64,000 nucleotides of DNA from the NCBI GenBank assembly GCA_963706325.1, contig CAVPLT010000007.1, positions 416,001-480,000 on the forward strand, in the 5' to 3' direction. The DNA is from an uncultured Nitrospiraceae bacterium (GTDB taxonomy: Bacteria > Nitrospirota > Nitrospiria > Nitrospirales > Nitrospiraceae). The notes under the pieces were generated by a model, which saw nothing but the letters and a program-made list of their open reading frames with translations, searched no databases and was not told the DNA's origin. Positions within the stretch are counted from its first letter, which is position 1; each line of letters starts with the position of its first letter. Shown one piece after another: positions 20,839 to 31,741 of the stretch. Position numbers and translations under genes: made by a program.

Positions 20839-20983
20839 GAATACCTCCACTCAATTCTGACCAGCCGCGAAAACTGCTGCCATGTCCTGTCATTGACAAT
20901 GATGCCTCGGGCGAACCTGGGTGTGTAAAGGGCAGCACACTATGTCACATTGGCCGTCCTCAATCCGTTCATATCCCCCAGGT

Positions 20984-21085
20984 TTGTGGGTAGAAGCAAG
21001 CCCCGCCGGGAGCAGCGAGATTTCGAACCGCCTGGATAGCACAGACCGAGACCTTCACTCGTTGGCCTGTTCAATGCAAGTAAGG
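20984..21085 (+). repeat. Conserved ~105-nt element, copy 1, ending in a sigma-54-like motif
   Basis: 38/45 ungapped identity with 26340 onward, plus identical CGAGACCTTCAC and GCAAGTAAGG blocks; TGGCCTGTTCAATGCA at 21063-21078. Confidence 0.75.
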
Positions 21086-21189
21086 CGTTTGATATGATGC
21101 ACCATCACCAATCAATACCCTCTAATCGTTTCATGAAAATGGATCGCTCATGACACTAGAGCAAACCGTCCGCTAAGTGAGGCACTTTC

Positions 21190-22086
21190 ATGCTGAGGTC
21201 ACTCGCGACAAAAATACTCCAGAAATGGAGCGACGATCCGGGGCCGCGCTTCGCCGCGGCGCTGGCCTTCTATACGGCATTGACCATCGTCCCACTGGTC
21301 GTGCTCACCATCATGGTGTCCGTGATCATGATGGATGAGAGTTCCATACGAGGCGGCCTGCAGCATCACATCGGTGACCTCATCGGGGCACCCGCTGCCA
21401 ACGGTCTGTTCGATCTTATAAACCAGTGGAGATCGGCAGGGTCCCCGTGGGTCAATGGACTGGTCGCCCTGGGAGTCTTTGTTGTTGGCGCACTCCAGGT
21501 GATGGACCAACTTCAGGACGCATTGAATTGTATTTGGGGGCTGAAACCCAAACAGCCCTCGGGACTTATCAATCGTCTGAGGCGGCGTGTCGCCTCGTTG
21601 TCCGGGCTACTGGGCATTGCCTTTATTTTGCTCGCATCGTTGACACTCAGCGCATGGATGGGTATTGCCGTTCAGTCGGGGCTCAGCACCATCGGCGGAT
21701 CCGGGATGGTCCGGGATGCGATCGGTGTGACCGTGTCGTTCGGGATCGTGTCAATGCTCTTTGCCATGATCTATAAATGGGTGCCTCAGGCCCAGGTAAC
21801 CTGGTCCAACGTGTGGGTGGGTGCCGCCATTACCGGGGCGCTCTACCTCGTTGGCAGCAAGTTGATCGTCGTGTACCTATCGCATAACGCGCTCGTAGCC
21901 TTCTATGGCGGAGCGGGCGCTTTGGTTCTCGTCTTGTTGTGGGCTTATTACGCATCGCAAATCTTCTTGTTCGGCGCGGCGGTCATTGCGGTCTATGCCG
22001 ACCACCACCGATCGCCGATACGGCCGACGGATGAAACCGTCGCGGTGCACTCGGCTTCTGAAGGCGATGCCATGACTGAGGAATGA
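21190..22086 (+). CDS. YihY/BrkB-family membrane protein
   Basis: AAALAFY, LQDALNCIW, IYKWVP, YGGAGALVLVLLWAYY..QIFLFGA. Confidence 0.9.
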   Translation: MLRSLATKILQKWSDDPGPRFAAALAFYTALTIVPLVVLTIMVSVIMMDESSIRGGLQHHIGDLIGAPAANGLFDLINQWRSAGSPWVNGLVALGVFVVGALQVMDQLQDALNCIWGLKPKQPSGLINRLRRRVASLSGLLGIAFILLASLTLSAWMGIAVQSGLSTIGGSGMVRDAIGVTVSFGIVSMLFAMIYKWVPQAQVTWSNVWVGAAITGALYLVGSKLIVVYLSHNALVAFYGGAGALVLVLLWAYYASQIFLFGAAVIAVYADHHRSPIRPTDETVAVHSASEGDAMTEE

Positions 22087-22376
22087 GGCCGCCCACCATA
22101 AGATTACGAAGAGCGGTCATCTGCCCAGGCATTCCTTCCCTCGTCTCAATGATCTGTGCGCCGTTTTCTCCTCCGAATAGGGACTCATCCACCGGTCATG
22201 CCTTGGCCTCTGATCATCGTGACCATCGAGGATTTCCCGGCTTCGCCCCTAGGGTTGACCTAACTCCGGCTCATTTTGCGAAAATATTTGGTACATCGCG
22301 GCCGCGCTGGTAAGGTTTCCATTCCCAAGACTCCTTATCACTTGCGTCGTCGCCAGCAAAGGAAGACAGAGCCGCT

Positions 22377-22583
22377 ATGTTACTGGTCACATTAGGATTA
22401 CTGCTTGGTGCTGCCGCGTTGCTGTGGGGCTTTGTCCTTGCCCTCACATGTGCCGATGGCGAGACTAGCCAAGGGGCAGGGTTCCACATTCGCTTGCCAT
22501 CTCACTCCACACATGACGGCCCACCGGGCGCCTCTGCCTTTCACCCATCGTCACGGAGCCAAGATTCCCAGGCGTTCGATTGA
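22377..22583 (+). CDS. Small hydrophobic hypothetical protein
   Basis: AAGGA RBS and N-terminal TM segment. Confidence 0.35.
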   Translation: MLLVTLGLLLGAAALLWGFVLALTCADGETSQGAGFHIRLPSHSTHDGPPGASAFHPSSRSQDSQAFD

Positions 22584-22718
22584 CTGAGTGGTTTCGACGT
22601 CGTGTCAACCCCTATGGTTTCCGTCATGTCCGTTCACCATTCCACAGGCGATGGTGCGATTTTTCCGCTGATGCGTGGTAGTGACAGTCGCTTCATAAGT
22701 AAAATGTTCGTCATCACC

Positions 22719-22752
22719 GGATTCGCCGTTGATTCCCGAAGCGGCGGAATCC
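22719..22752. terminator. GC-rich stem-loop
   Basis: GGATTCGCCG / CGGCGGAATCC. Confidence 0.3.
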
Positions 22753-23276
22753 CTCAAAGCCATCCACGTCGTCTTCCACGGTTTATAACTGCCTGGTGAG
22801 GTAGGGTGCCCTGCTTCGACAGGGATGGGGTGACAGCGGCCATCAGATGCAACAGGTCTGCTCGCACTCTGCAGACAAGGAATCTGGCTAGGCGCGCTCG
22901 CTCCATCGCATTGGGCGGGTCAGTACGCCGACCATGGCGAGGCCGCAAATAAACACGAGAAGTAGCAGGCTCGCAGCCAGGAAAAACCAGCCTTTCAGTT
23001 CAGTCGTCATGGAAACAGTTTACCAATTTGTTCACTCCCGCGGACCTAGGCATTTCCATAGAGGTGAGAGTATATCCTTGCGCGGCGGAGTAAAGGGAAA
23101 AACTCATTTCACCGCTCCAGAATGATAAGGATTGCAGATGTACCGGGTCTCCACGCTGGTGAAAATCGCCATGCTGCTCGGGTACATGAAGGACGCCCTG
23201 ACAGTCAGCGAGAGGCAGAACTCTGGCCTACGTGCGCTCGAGGAATGAAGCGCACGTTGCGAGATGCCGACTCCAG

Positions 23277-23639
23277 TTACCTGCTCGGTGGCGCTGTCTG
23301 AGCTTCACCTTGATGAGAGCCGGAGCCTCCCATTTCAGTCTTCGAAGAAGTTTTCGGGCTTCCAGATCCCCCTCCATGAGTACCACCGTCTGATGATGGG
23401 TTTCCAATCGAGCCGCTGGATCCACTGTCTCCCCTTTCTTGTGGCTTCTTAGTCTCTTGGGATACTGCGGACTCTTGAAATCCCTTCATGCGGTCCTCGT
23501 ACATTTGTTCTTGCAGTCCCTGAGTACCTCCGTTGCGACCTGCGTTCGTTGCTCCCATCTGGGACTCCGCCGCACTGGCCAACATCAGAATTCCTACACT
23601 CGCTGCGAGCATGCCATAGCTAAGTGATGATGTAGTCAT
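23277..23639 (-). CDS. Secreted low-complexity (G/S/Q-rich) protein
   Basis: GGAGG RBS, signal peptide, disordered tail. Confidence 0.6.
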   Translation of the reverse strand: MTTSSLSYGMLAASVGILMLASAAESQMGATNAGRNGGTQGLQEQMYEDRMKGFQESAVSQETKKPQERGDSGSSGSIGNPSSDGGTHGGGSGSPKTSSKTEMGGSGSHQGEAQTAPPSR

Positions 23640-24327
23640 AATGCCTCCCTATGGTTGACTAAGAATTCACAGTCTCCCATTGAATCACCTGTGACGGATC
23701 TGCGGTACTAGAGAATCACCTGGTCATAGAAAGAATTGTCATGCCCCCCAGAAGGCAGGAACGAGCTGGCGAGAACTTAGGTCTGATGAAGTTGGGGTTA
23801 AGGGAGCCGGTGGCGAAGGGAGCATATGGAGTAGTACCAGTCGGTGCCGCCGTGGGAAAACTTGCTAAAAAGATACTAGGCGTATCGTATCGGATACGGA
23901 CTCGAGCCAGAAAGCCGTGATGTCGCACGGCATTAAAATGATTGGAAAGGCTCTGCATAGCGCATCAGGAGCGGTTGTTACGATTTGGACCTCCTGAGGT
24001 GGATAATTGGTACAGAGTTTGCTGACTTATGTTGTCATCGTTGTGAATTTGTCGAAAGGGGTAGTTGTGAATTACATGGTGACCGTTTCACTAGTAACAA
24101 TGGCAGTCAGTGGGCTCGTGATCATGAAAGTATGGAAGTCCTAAGCATCCCAATGCAGCGCGCGGGGCGCAGGAACCTTACCCGGTTCAGTATGTACCGA
24201 GCCGATTGGCCCAGGCGCACACGCGTTTCTCTCAGAGGCTCCGTCAATGTCGCCCGAGGTTCAAACTACGCCCGCCTGAAAGGGGAGCGGCCACAAGCCT
24301 GAGACAGGCGTATGGCGCTCAAAGCAA

Positions 24328-24702
24328 TTGTCGCGACTACTGGTTGTCGAAGATGATCCCGATCAATCCCGTATGCTCTGCGATCGGTTGAAGCTGTATG
24401 GCTATGCCGTCTCCTGTGCGAACGATGGCCCCGCAGCTCTGGAGATGATTCAGGCCGATTGCCCCAACGGCGTGCTGCTGGACTTGAACCTTCCTACCAT
24501 GCAGGGACACCAAATGCTGGAGCAGGCCCGAGACGCCTGTCCCAATCTTCCTGTCCTCATCGTGTCTGCCTCACGAGTGGCGATCCAGGCGGTCCAGGCC
24601 GCACAGCCCAAGGCCTGTGCATATCTCCTCAAGCCCTACAACAGCAGTGAATTGAAACAAGCCTTAGTGAAGTCTTTTGGCCCGCGACCGGTGCCTGTCT
24701 AG
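24328..24702 (+). CDS. Single-domain response regulator
   Basis: LLVVEDD, LLDLNLP..G, LIVSA, YLLKP. Confidence 0.88.
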   Translation: MSRLLVVEDDPDQSRMLCDRLKLYGYAVSCANDGPAALEMIQADCPNGVLLDLNLPTMQGHQMLEQARDACPNLPVLIVSASRVAIQAVQAAQPKACAYLLKPYNSSELKQALVKSFGPRPVPV

Positions 24703-24735
24703 TGTACATATCAAGTGCCGGGAGCGAACGGCCGT

Positions 24736-25878
24736 ATGGATAATGACGAACGCCCTAGACCGGTCCCAAAGGTACACAGAAACTTGAAAGAAGGGGAAGA
24801 GTATTTCCTTCGTGTGCTGGAGGGAGTGCGCGATTATGCCATCCTCATGCTCAGTCCCGAGGGCCTGATCATGACGTGGAATGCAGGCGCCCAAGCTATG
24901 AAAGGGTACGGGGCTCAGGAAATTATCGGGCAGTCATTCTCCCGCTTTTATACCGAAACCGATCTTCACGCCCAAAAGCCCTTCAAGCTGCTTGAAGTTG
25001 CCGCACGATACGGCCGCGTGTCCGATGAAGGCTGGCGCGTGAGGAAAGACGGCTCCCACTTTTGGGCGTCCGCAGTGATAACGGCGTTCTATGATGAGAC
25101 GGGCGCCGTCCAGGGCTATGCGAAAATCACCCGAGATATGACGGAACTTCATGACACCGTACAACGGCTGGAAGAGGCAAATCGGCGGCTTCGCGACCTC
25201 GACGAGGCGAAATCATTCACTATCTCCGCGGCCTCGCACGAGTTGCGATCCCCCTTAACTTCAATTAAGGGATACGTGGATAATTTACTCGAAGGGGTGG
25301 CCGGGCCGTTGCCCGAGCAGGTCATGTCTTATTTGACTCGCATCGATCACAACGTGGATCGAGTCATTCGCATGACGAATATGTTATTGGATCTCTCCCG
25401 TATCGAGTCGGGCCAGATGGCCCTCCAGTTGAGCGCCGTCTGTACGAAGGAACTCCTTACCCATGTTCTCCAAGACTTAAAGCCACTCGCCGAAAAAAAG
25501 GCCATTTCGGTGCAAGCCGAGGATCTGGCCGATGTGCCGGTGCGGGCGGACCGGCATAAGTTAGAGCAGGTGTTCCTGAACCTGGTTCATAACGCACTCA
25601 AATTCACTCCAGAGCGAGGACGCCTCATTGTCCGATCCGACCTGACGAAGGACCGACATCTCACCATCACCGTCGCCGATACCGGCTGTGGAATCCCCCA
25701 CGAGCATCACGAAAAAGTGTTTGAAAAGTTTCATCGCGCCCCCTCGCCGATCCATGAAGGCGCCGGCCTCGGGCTCGCGATCACCCGGAAGCTGGTCGAA
25801 CTCCAAGGCGGCACCATCTGGCTTGAAAGCGAACCAGGCCATGGGAGCCGGTTCTTTGTGTCACTGCCTCAGGCGTGA
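24736..25878 (+). CDS. PAS sensor histidine kinase
   Basis: DYAI..WNAGA..RVRKDGS PAS; SHELRSPLT, NALKFT, DTGCGI, GAGLGL. Confidence 0.92.
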   Translation: MDNDERPRPVPKVHRNLKEGEEYFLRVLEGVRDYAILMLSPEGLIMTWNAGAQAMKGYGAQEIIGQSFSRFYTETDLHAQKPFKLLEVAARYGRVSDEGWRVRKDGSHFWASAVITAFYDETGAVQGYAKITRDMTELHDTVQRLEEANRRLRDLDEAKSFTISAASHELRSPLTSIKGYVDNLLEGVAGPLPEQVMSYLTRIDHNVDRVIRMTNMLLDLSRIESGQMALQLSAVCTKELLTHVLQDLKPLAEKKAISVQAEDLADVPVRADRHKLEQVFLNLVHNALKFTPERGRLIVRSDLTKDRHLTITVADTGCGIPHEHHEKVFEKFHRAPSPIHEGAGLGLAITRKLVELQGGTIWLESEPGHGSRFFVSLPQA

Positions 25879-26339
25879 GAGATGCTGATCAACCGATCGG
25901 GGCTACGGGACCGCCGGCAGGACTGACGGAAAGTTGATTGAGGGGAAACGTTTGATAGGCTAGCCGGAAGAATGTAGGGAAGTCCCCGCGCTCCATGTTC
26001 CTACCATGAAGCTAATCCGAAGTCTGTCATTTGGCAGTGGAACTGTGCGGATCGCATCATCACGTATGAAGCCAGAATCTTGTTTTTCGGTAAATGGATA
26101 ACAAGCTTCTCGCTCGTGGCGGTTGTCTTCTTCCCCTTTATCGTCATGTTTACTGGTAGATGTTCGACCTGTTCAGTTTAACCAGGTCTGGCGACTATGA
26201 GGAGCGAGCGATGCGGTTTTTCGACGAAGCCGGCCGCAATTCAGTTGGGTGCCACTACAACAATCGTACGTAGAAAAAAGATGGACGAGCAGCACGAAAC
26301 CTCTGCTCAGTCGCCCCCGTTATGAAAAATCGCGTGGAG

Positions 26340-26449
26340 TTGTGGGTGAAGGCAAATCCCGCCGGGAGGAGCGAGACTTCGAACGACCCTGGATGGGCAC
26401 AACCAGAGTCGAGACCTTCACCCGTATGGCTGAACAAAAGCAAGTAAGG
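26340..26449 (+). repeat. Conserved ~105-nt element, copy 2
   Basis: Homologous to 20984-21085; perfect GGGTGAAGG/CCTTCACCC inverted repeat; TGGCTGAACAAAAGCA GG-N10-GC. Confidence 0.75.
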
Positions 26450-26538
26450 GAGCCTTGTTTGTGACGGACCTTTCCTATTACGTGAGTTGCTACGTCGTTG
26501 CCGATCTCGACCAGCGCCTGACCGGGGCCGCTTAGGAG

Positions 26539-27186
26539 TTATTTTCGACCCATCTTTTCCCAGTCCGACAAAAACTTCTTTAAGCCAATGTCAGTCAGCG
26601 GATGCTTCACGAGTTGCTGGAAAATGGAATAGGGCATCGTGCAGATATGGCCTCCCGCAAGCGCCGACTCGACGACTTGTTGGGGGGTCCGCACGCTCGC
26701 CACCAGCACCTGTGTGTTGAACTGGTAATTCTCATAGATGCTCAGAATCTGCCGTATCAGTTCCATGCCGTCCGAGCTGACGTCATCCAATCGGCCGATA
26801 AACGGAGAGACGCACCAGGCTCCGGCCTTGGCGGCGAGCAGGGCTTGCGTGGGAGAAAAACACAAGGTGACATTGACTCGAATGCCCTCCGCTGCCAGCA
26901 TTTTCGTGGCGCGGAGACCTTCCATAATAAGCGGCACTTTCACGACAATATTGTTGTGTATTTTTGCCAGCTCCCGGCCCTCTTTGACCATAGCCGCGGA
27001 CTCTGTTCCCACAACCTCCGCGCTAATAGGGCCATCCACAAGATGACAAATTTCTAACAGCATTTCTTTGAAACTTCTGCCTTCTTTTGCCACGAGCGAA
27101 GGGTTCGTCGTCACCCCGTCGATCAGACCGAGCCTCGCTCCCTCTTCAATCTCTTTAATATTCGCCGTATCCAGATAGATCTTCAT
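26539..27186 (-). CDS. tal: Transaldolase (short FSA/MipB type)
   Basis: [38 protein letters not shown]. Confidence 0.92.
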   Translation of the reverse strand: MKIYLDTANIKEIEEGARLGLIDGVTTNPSLVAKEGRSFKEMLLEICHLVDGPISAEVVGTESAAMVKEGRELAKIHNNIVVKVPLIMEGLRATKMLAAEGIRVNVTLCFSPTQALLAAKAGAWCVSPFIGRLDDVSSDGMELIRQILSIYENYQFNTQVLVASVRTPQQVVESALAGGHICTMPYSIFQQLVKHPLTDIGLKKFLSDWEKMGRK

Positions 27187-27789
27187 ACACGTGCCTTTCT
27201 ACTGTGGCGTGGTTTATCGAGCGTTCCCGCTCCACCAAACACCTCGCCATATGGCGAACCAAAGTGCTGACTTAACAAGCACGGGGGACGCTGGCTCTGC
27301 GGTTGCACATTTACCTTGTTTGCTTCTGGCATCACGAGACCTATTCCCTTAGCGAGGTGGGAATGTGAGTGTGCATCGTCGACTAAGTGAGGTGTACTGG
27401 GCAGAGCCCTTGCCGCGGTGTCATGAAGGCTTTCACCTACTAGTTCGACCACACGCATTTAGGGTTCTCCATTGTTTAACGAAGCCCAAGATGCCCATCA
27501 ATCTTTGTGCCCTGGAAATGCCCTGCCGGGGGACGGAGGTCAGTCTCTCCTACACTGACCTAATCGCGGCACCATCTGGATTGGAAACCGGGAAGACCAT
27601 TCCTTTGTGAAGCCCTGCGAAAGAGTCGACATGATGCTCAGTTTGTTCGGCCTTCTGCACTCCGCTCACATAGGCCAATGCGGGATGACGCGCGTTTCGA
27701 ACTAGCGGTATACCTAGTGGGATCCCGATAGATTCTCCTCCACAGTACATCTGCATGATCTGAAATCCACTTACACCTTAAGGAGACGT

Positions 27790-28266
27790 ATGAAAGGTTT
27801 CTTGCCGACCGTTACTGTTTTTAACTCGCCACTTCTTTTTGCCATGGCCCTGTGTATCGTGACCACGCCTCACGCGGTCAACGCGGCCATGGCGGGTACG
27901 TACGTCATTGCCCCGGCGGCCGGAACAGAGCCCAATTCGGCTATGAAACGTATCAAGGATGCCGCACCCGCGGCAGATGATACGGGACGCAATGCACGAG
28001 ATCGTGACGGCCAGACCATGACACCGTTGGATCAGTCCAATGATCCAGACGACGTCCAGGTCACGCGGGAGATTCGGAAGGCACTGGTGGCAGATGACGC
28101 ACTTTCCACAAGCGCGAAGAATATTAAAATCATCACAGTGCACGGCAAAGTCATCCTGCGAGGGCCGGTCGCGAATGCGCAGGAGAAGGCAAAAATTGAA
28201 AAGACCGCTCAGCAGTTCACCAAGCAACGTGTCGATAGCCAATTAGAAGTGGCAACACGCCATTGA
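27790..28266 (+). CDS. BON-domain protein
   Basis: Signal peptide; TP.DQSN..D..TREIRKAL..NIKIITV.GKVILRGPV. Confidence 0.88.
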   Translation: MKGFLPTVTVFNSPLLFAMALCIVTTPHAVNAAMAGTYVIAPAAGTEPNSAMKRIKDAAPAADDTGRNARDRDGQTMTPLDQSNDPDDVQVTREIRKALVADDALSTSAKNIKIITVHGKVILRGPVANAQEKAKIEKTAQQFTKQRVDSQLEVATRH

Positions 28267-28299
28267 TGTCAATGATCGCTCGTCTACAGGGAGGTTTTT

Positions 28300-28818
28300 A
28301 TGTCTAAAGCAGTATTCGGAATCGTCACAACCTATGCGCAGGCGGAAACCATCGTCGATAGCCTCAAAATAGCGGGGTTTTCAAATAACGACATCTCCGT
28401 GCTGCTCCCCGACAAAGACGGCACGCGTGATTTTGCCCATGAGAAGAACACCAAAGCGCCTGAAGGCGCCGCAGCCGGCGCAGGGACGGGCGGAGTCGTC
28501 GGAGGCGTATTGGGCTGGCTCGTCGGCATCGGGTCGCTCGCCATTCCGGGAGTGGGCCCTTTTGTCGCCGCCGGTCCGATCATGGCGGCCTTAAGCGGGG
28601 CCGCCGTAGGCTCCGCCGTCGGCGGTATCACGGGTGCCTTGGTGGGACTAGGGATTCCCGAGTTCGAAGCGAAGCGTTACGAGGGGAAGCTGAAGGAAGG
28701 CAACATTCTTATCTCGATACACTCGGAAGATTCTAAACAGACGGATCGCGCGGAGGCGATTCTCAAGGCAGGCAACGCGCAGGACATTTCCTCTGCAACA
28801 GAGAGTGCCGTGAAATAG
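28300..28818 (+). CDS. General stress protein with glycine-zipper
   Basis: GFSNNDISVL, LAIPGVGPFVAAGP, LGIPEFEAKRYE. Confidence 0.8.
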   Translation: MSKAVFGIVTTYAQAETIVDSLKIAGFSNNDISVLLPDKDGTRDFAHEKNTKAPEGAAAGAGTGGVVGGVLGWLVGIGSLAIPGVGPFVAAGPIMAALSGAAVGSAVGGITGALVGLGIPEFEAKRYEGKLKEGNILISIHSEDSKQTDRAEAILKAGNAQDISSATESAVK

Positions 28819-28854
28819 TCATGAGGGCCCGGTGACTCATTTCCTGGTTCATCA

Positions 28855-29136
28855 CGCACTGGGAGTGTCTCGCTGCAACTCTACGCGGGCGTGGAGCCCG
28901 GCATTTTCTTTGCCGAAACCTCGAACCAGTTCGGCCGGAGCACGGATAATGGCCGAGTAGGCGTCAATGCGCTGGCTGGGGCAAAGTATTTCCTGACTCG
29001 CAACTTCGCCCTCTACGCAGAGTATAAATTTAATTACGCGCACTTCGATTTCAACCAAGCGCTAGGTACGAACGCCGGGTTCGCGGGGGATTACAAGGCG
29101 AGCCATGTGGTCGGTGGGTTGGCGTGGCATCTTTAG
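28855..29136 (+). pseudogene. C-terminal fragment of an outer-membrane beta-barrel protein
   Basis: LQLYAGV.PGIFF..LAGAKYFLT..FALYAEYKFNY..GLAWH; no N-terminus or signal peptide. Confidence 0.6.
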
Positions 29137-29389
29137 TCGGTCACGCCAGGTCAGTGTCTTAGCCGGTAGAGAAATATGCGGAAAGGTATTCAGCCGAAGG
29201 GAGCGAGGTCGCATCCCTTCGGCTGTGCGAATACGGATGTGCATTCTGCTACGGGTAATCAATGACGAGTTACAGGCGTCTTGGTGTGAAGGGCCAATGT
29301 GGCAAATTTTCAGGAGGTATCGAGGTATCTATGCGCGTCTCGTGCTCCGGACGGCATCGAGGAATCGCGTCTTGTCTTTTCACGAGAGG

Positions 29390-29610
29390 CCTGATGACAG
29401 GGGCATGTGGCGTCACGAAGCTTCGACCGACACCACCATAAATTTTAGCTCCAGCACGGGTGGCGTACGAAAATTTGAGACAGAGGCTGCGGCGGGTGGC
29501 GTGCAACACGTGAGGGCCTTAGCCACGCTATACGGAATATCAGCAGAGAAGCAGGGAGAGGTTGGTTTGGTCCTGTAAAGTAAACATACTGAGCTCTGTA
29601 CGGCAGGGGT
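29390..29610 (+). pseudogene. Decayed DUF3015-like lipoprotein gene
   Basis: Across frames: TGACGVTK / ASTDTTINFSSST / YENLRQ / EAAAGG.QHVRALATLYGI..*SKHTEL. Confidence 0.45.
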
Positions 29611-29827
29611 CGACGAAGACCGCACCGCGCATCTCTCACTGGTGAGCGCGCTGAATCGAGAGCTGGCAACCGCTTCGTAACTGTCGTGATCACGGTACGG
29701 AGGACCAGCCGATGAGGGCGTGATGTCACTCCACTGAACAAAACCAATTCCAGTACGCCGCAGACTGCGCAATAGTCTCAAGTATTTATGCTGCACGCGC
29801 TGAATCTGAGACTGCAGAGGACTCACC

Positions 29828-30436
29828 TCAGGGGATCAGGGCCCATCCTCGTTCCCTCATGCATTGTGAATACACACCATATGTGCTCGACAGTGATTCC
29901 TTCGCATACTGGCGGCATGATTCATCATCCTTAGCCCGACCATCACTCGCTTGGTACAGGGGTCGAGTCGGGGCTTCCGCCCGACCGCCAGACGGGGAGT
30001 GGGGAGGTACAGCTTGTGGAGTCTCCTCAGCAAAGGCTCCTCCCTCCTTGGCTCCTCGAGGCACACATTTGTGATAACCGAACGCGTCAATGGTAAGCCT
30101 TCCCTTCGAACAGTCCTCGAGTGGCAGGGGGGACCGTTGGGCCTCGGCGTTCAGAGGCGGCCGCCCTCGCGGCTCCAGGACCCACTGATAGCCTTTCGCT
30201 TGCATGCACTGGGCAAAGAGTCGTGCTTTATACGGCTCAGATTTGCCTACGGTGTCGCTCGCCACCAGCCCCTGGCACCGTTGTGAGTCAGTCGGATATT
30301 CCTGGTTGCTCAGCGCCTGCGATCTGTTGGGATTAGTCCAGTAACCATCCGGCCGAGCCTGACAAGAAACCGTGGCAAATCCGGCAGCCGCGATGAGTGC
30401 CAAGGGGAGGAATGAAGGAAAAGGTGTGATACCCAT
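29828..30436 (-). CDS. Cys-rich lipoprotein with a duplicated motif
   Basis: TVSC lipobox; two D..C..(F/Y).QCM..(K/R)G(Y/W) units. Confidence 0.65.
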   Translation of the reverse strand: MGITPFPSFLPLALIAAAGFATVSCQARPDGYWTNPNRSQALSNQEYPTDSQRCQGLVASDTVGKSEPYKARLFAQCMQAKGYQWVLEPRGRPPLNAEAQRSPLPLEDCSKGRLTIDAFGYHKCVPRGAKEGGAFAEETPQAVPPHSPSGGRAEAPTRPLYQASDGRAKDDESCRQYAKESLSSTYGVYSQCMRERGWALIP

Positions 30437-30550
30437 GTCCAGCTCCTGAATGACATTTTCACTATGAGTTGTCGACTGACGGAGTGGATCGACTGCCTTC
30501 TCCAGAATGGGCTGAGATGGCGGGGCTCAAAAAGTTGACGCGCACCTTAT

Positions 30551-31084
30551 CTACTGCGGACTACAGATGGGAACATCCTGGTCCTTGGCCTGATCCATTG
30601 ACCGACTGTTGACCTCGGAAACAGCAACGGACACACCACTTTTCTCTTCGACCGCTTGCTGGAGGCGAGGAATCATTTCGTTCAAAACAGAGTGGTAGGT
30701 ATCGGAAAAGCGTTCTTCCAGCACCTGCTCCATCGTCAACTGCGACAATATTCCCTGCCAGTTGTGCTCGACCTCGTCTTTCATCAGTTGCGCCGACGGA
30801 GAGGCTTTGCCCGCGGACAAATCCGCTCGACTCGCGGAAATATAATACAGCGCCTCGACCGGCTTCTTGTCTTTTGTGCAGGCCACTGCCTTGAACACAC
30901 GGCTATCGCGCTCATCAAACGTGTCGGGCTGTTTTGGTTCCGCTCGTCCGCTTCCCGGCATTGCCAGTGCCAATAAAACAAAGAAGATACCGCCGGAAAC
31001 ATTGCTTACCCATGTCCTTAGGCTGTCGCGTGCGAAAAGGCCAGGTAGTGATGACAATACGCGGCTCAAAAAGACTGTACTCAT
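30551..31084 (-). CDS. Hypothetical exported protein
   Basis: AAGGA RBS; hydrophobic segment then a soluble domain. Confidence 0.6.
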   Translation of the reverse strand: MSTVFLSRVLSSLPGLFARDSLRTWVSNVSGGIFFVLLALAMPGSGRAEPKQPDTFDERDSRVFKAVACTKDKKPVEALYYISASRADLSAGKASPSAQLMKDEVEHNWQGILSQLTMEQVLEERFSDTYHSVLNEMIPRLQQAVEEKSGVSVAVSEVNSRSMDQAKDQDVPICSPQ

Positions 31085-31315
31085 AATCGTCCTTTCATGA
31101 ATTGACGACGTTCAGGCTCATGCTAGCACCGAAGATCTTGCTGCGAGACTCGGAACTACCCTGGAGCCCAATAATCTCATGCCAGCCAGTGTCGACAGCT
31201 CATACCGTGGCGGCCGTTGCGGGTTTACGCCTCCTGTGTGCCCACGGGAGACCCCTAGTTGTTGTCCAACGTCATAGATGTCTTAATGGTTCAAGCCATA
31301 GGCTGGGGGATCTGA

Positions 31316-31642
31316 ATGAAACATCTGTTGTGGAGTGTTGTATGCATCAGTCTCCTTGGAGGATGCAGCTATTCCGACGGAGATCGGGTGGGTTATTTGC
31401 AGAAGCTGTCCCGGAAGGGATGGGTGTGTAAGACCCATGAAGGGGAACTCGCCATGACGACGGTCCCAGGCATGGCTCCCGTCCTCTGGAACTTTAGTGT
31501 ATGGAATGACGACATCGCCAAGAAACTGGACGGCCAGATCGGAAAGCGGGTCGTACTTCATTACCGGGAACTACGATATGTCCCCACGACCTGTTTCGGA
31601 GAGACGAACTACTTCGTGGATCGCGCCGACATCGTGGAGTAG
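31316..31642 (+). CDS. Conserved hypothetical lipoprotein
   Basis: LGGC lipobox; YSDG.RVG.LQKLS.KGW.CKT.EGEL..V.LHY..GETNYFVD. Confidence 0.75.
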   Translation: MKHLLWSVVCISLLGGCSYSDGDRVGYLQKLSRKGWVCKTHEGELAMTTVPGMAPVLWNFSVWNDDIAKKLDGQIGKRVVLHYRELRYVPTTCFGETNYFVDRADIVE

Positions 31643-31741
31643 TGCAGGGGAGTTTATCGAAACCAGCGGGCAAGAAAAGTGGGTCCAGGAGAGCGGAAGG
31701 CAGAAACAAATGGACTCATCAGTAAGGGAGCAAGAATCAGC

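Noticed and set aside
26340..26449. HDV-like ribozyme reading of the duplicated element (CGC-TCCTCCCG-GCG on the minus strand)
   Set aside because: No valid P1, P1.1 GG, P4 or P2 partner, and copy 1 lacks the loop CC.
26249..26464. Small ORFs on either strand over the duplicated element
   Set aside because: Frame-breaking indels between the two copies and no shared start or stop.
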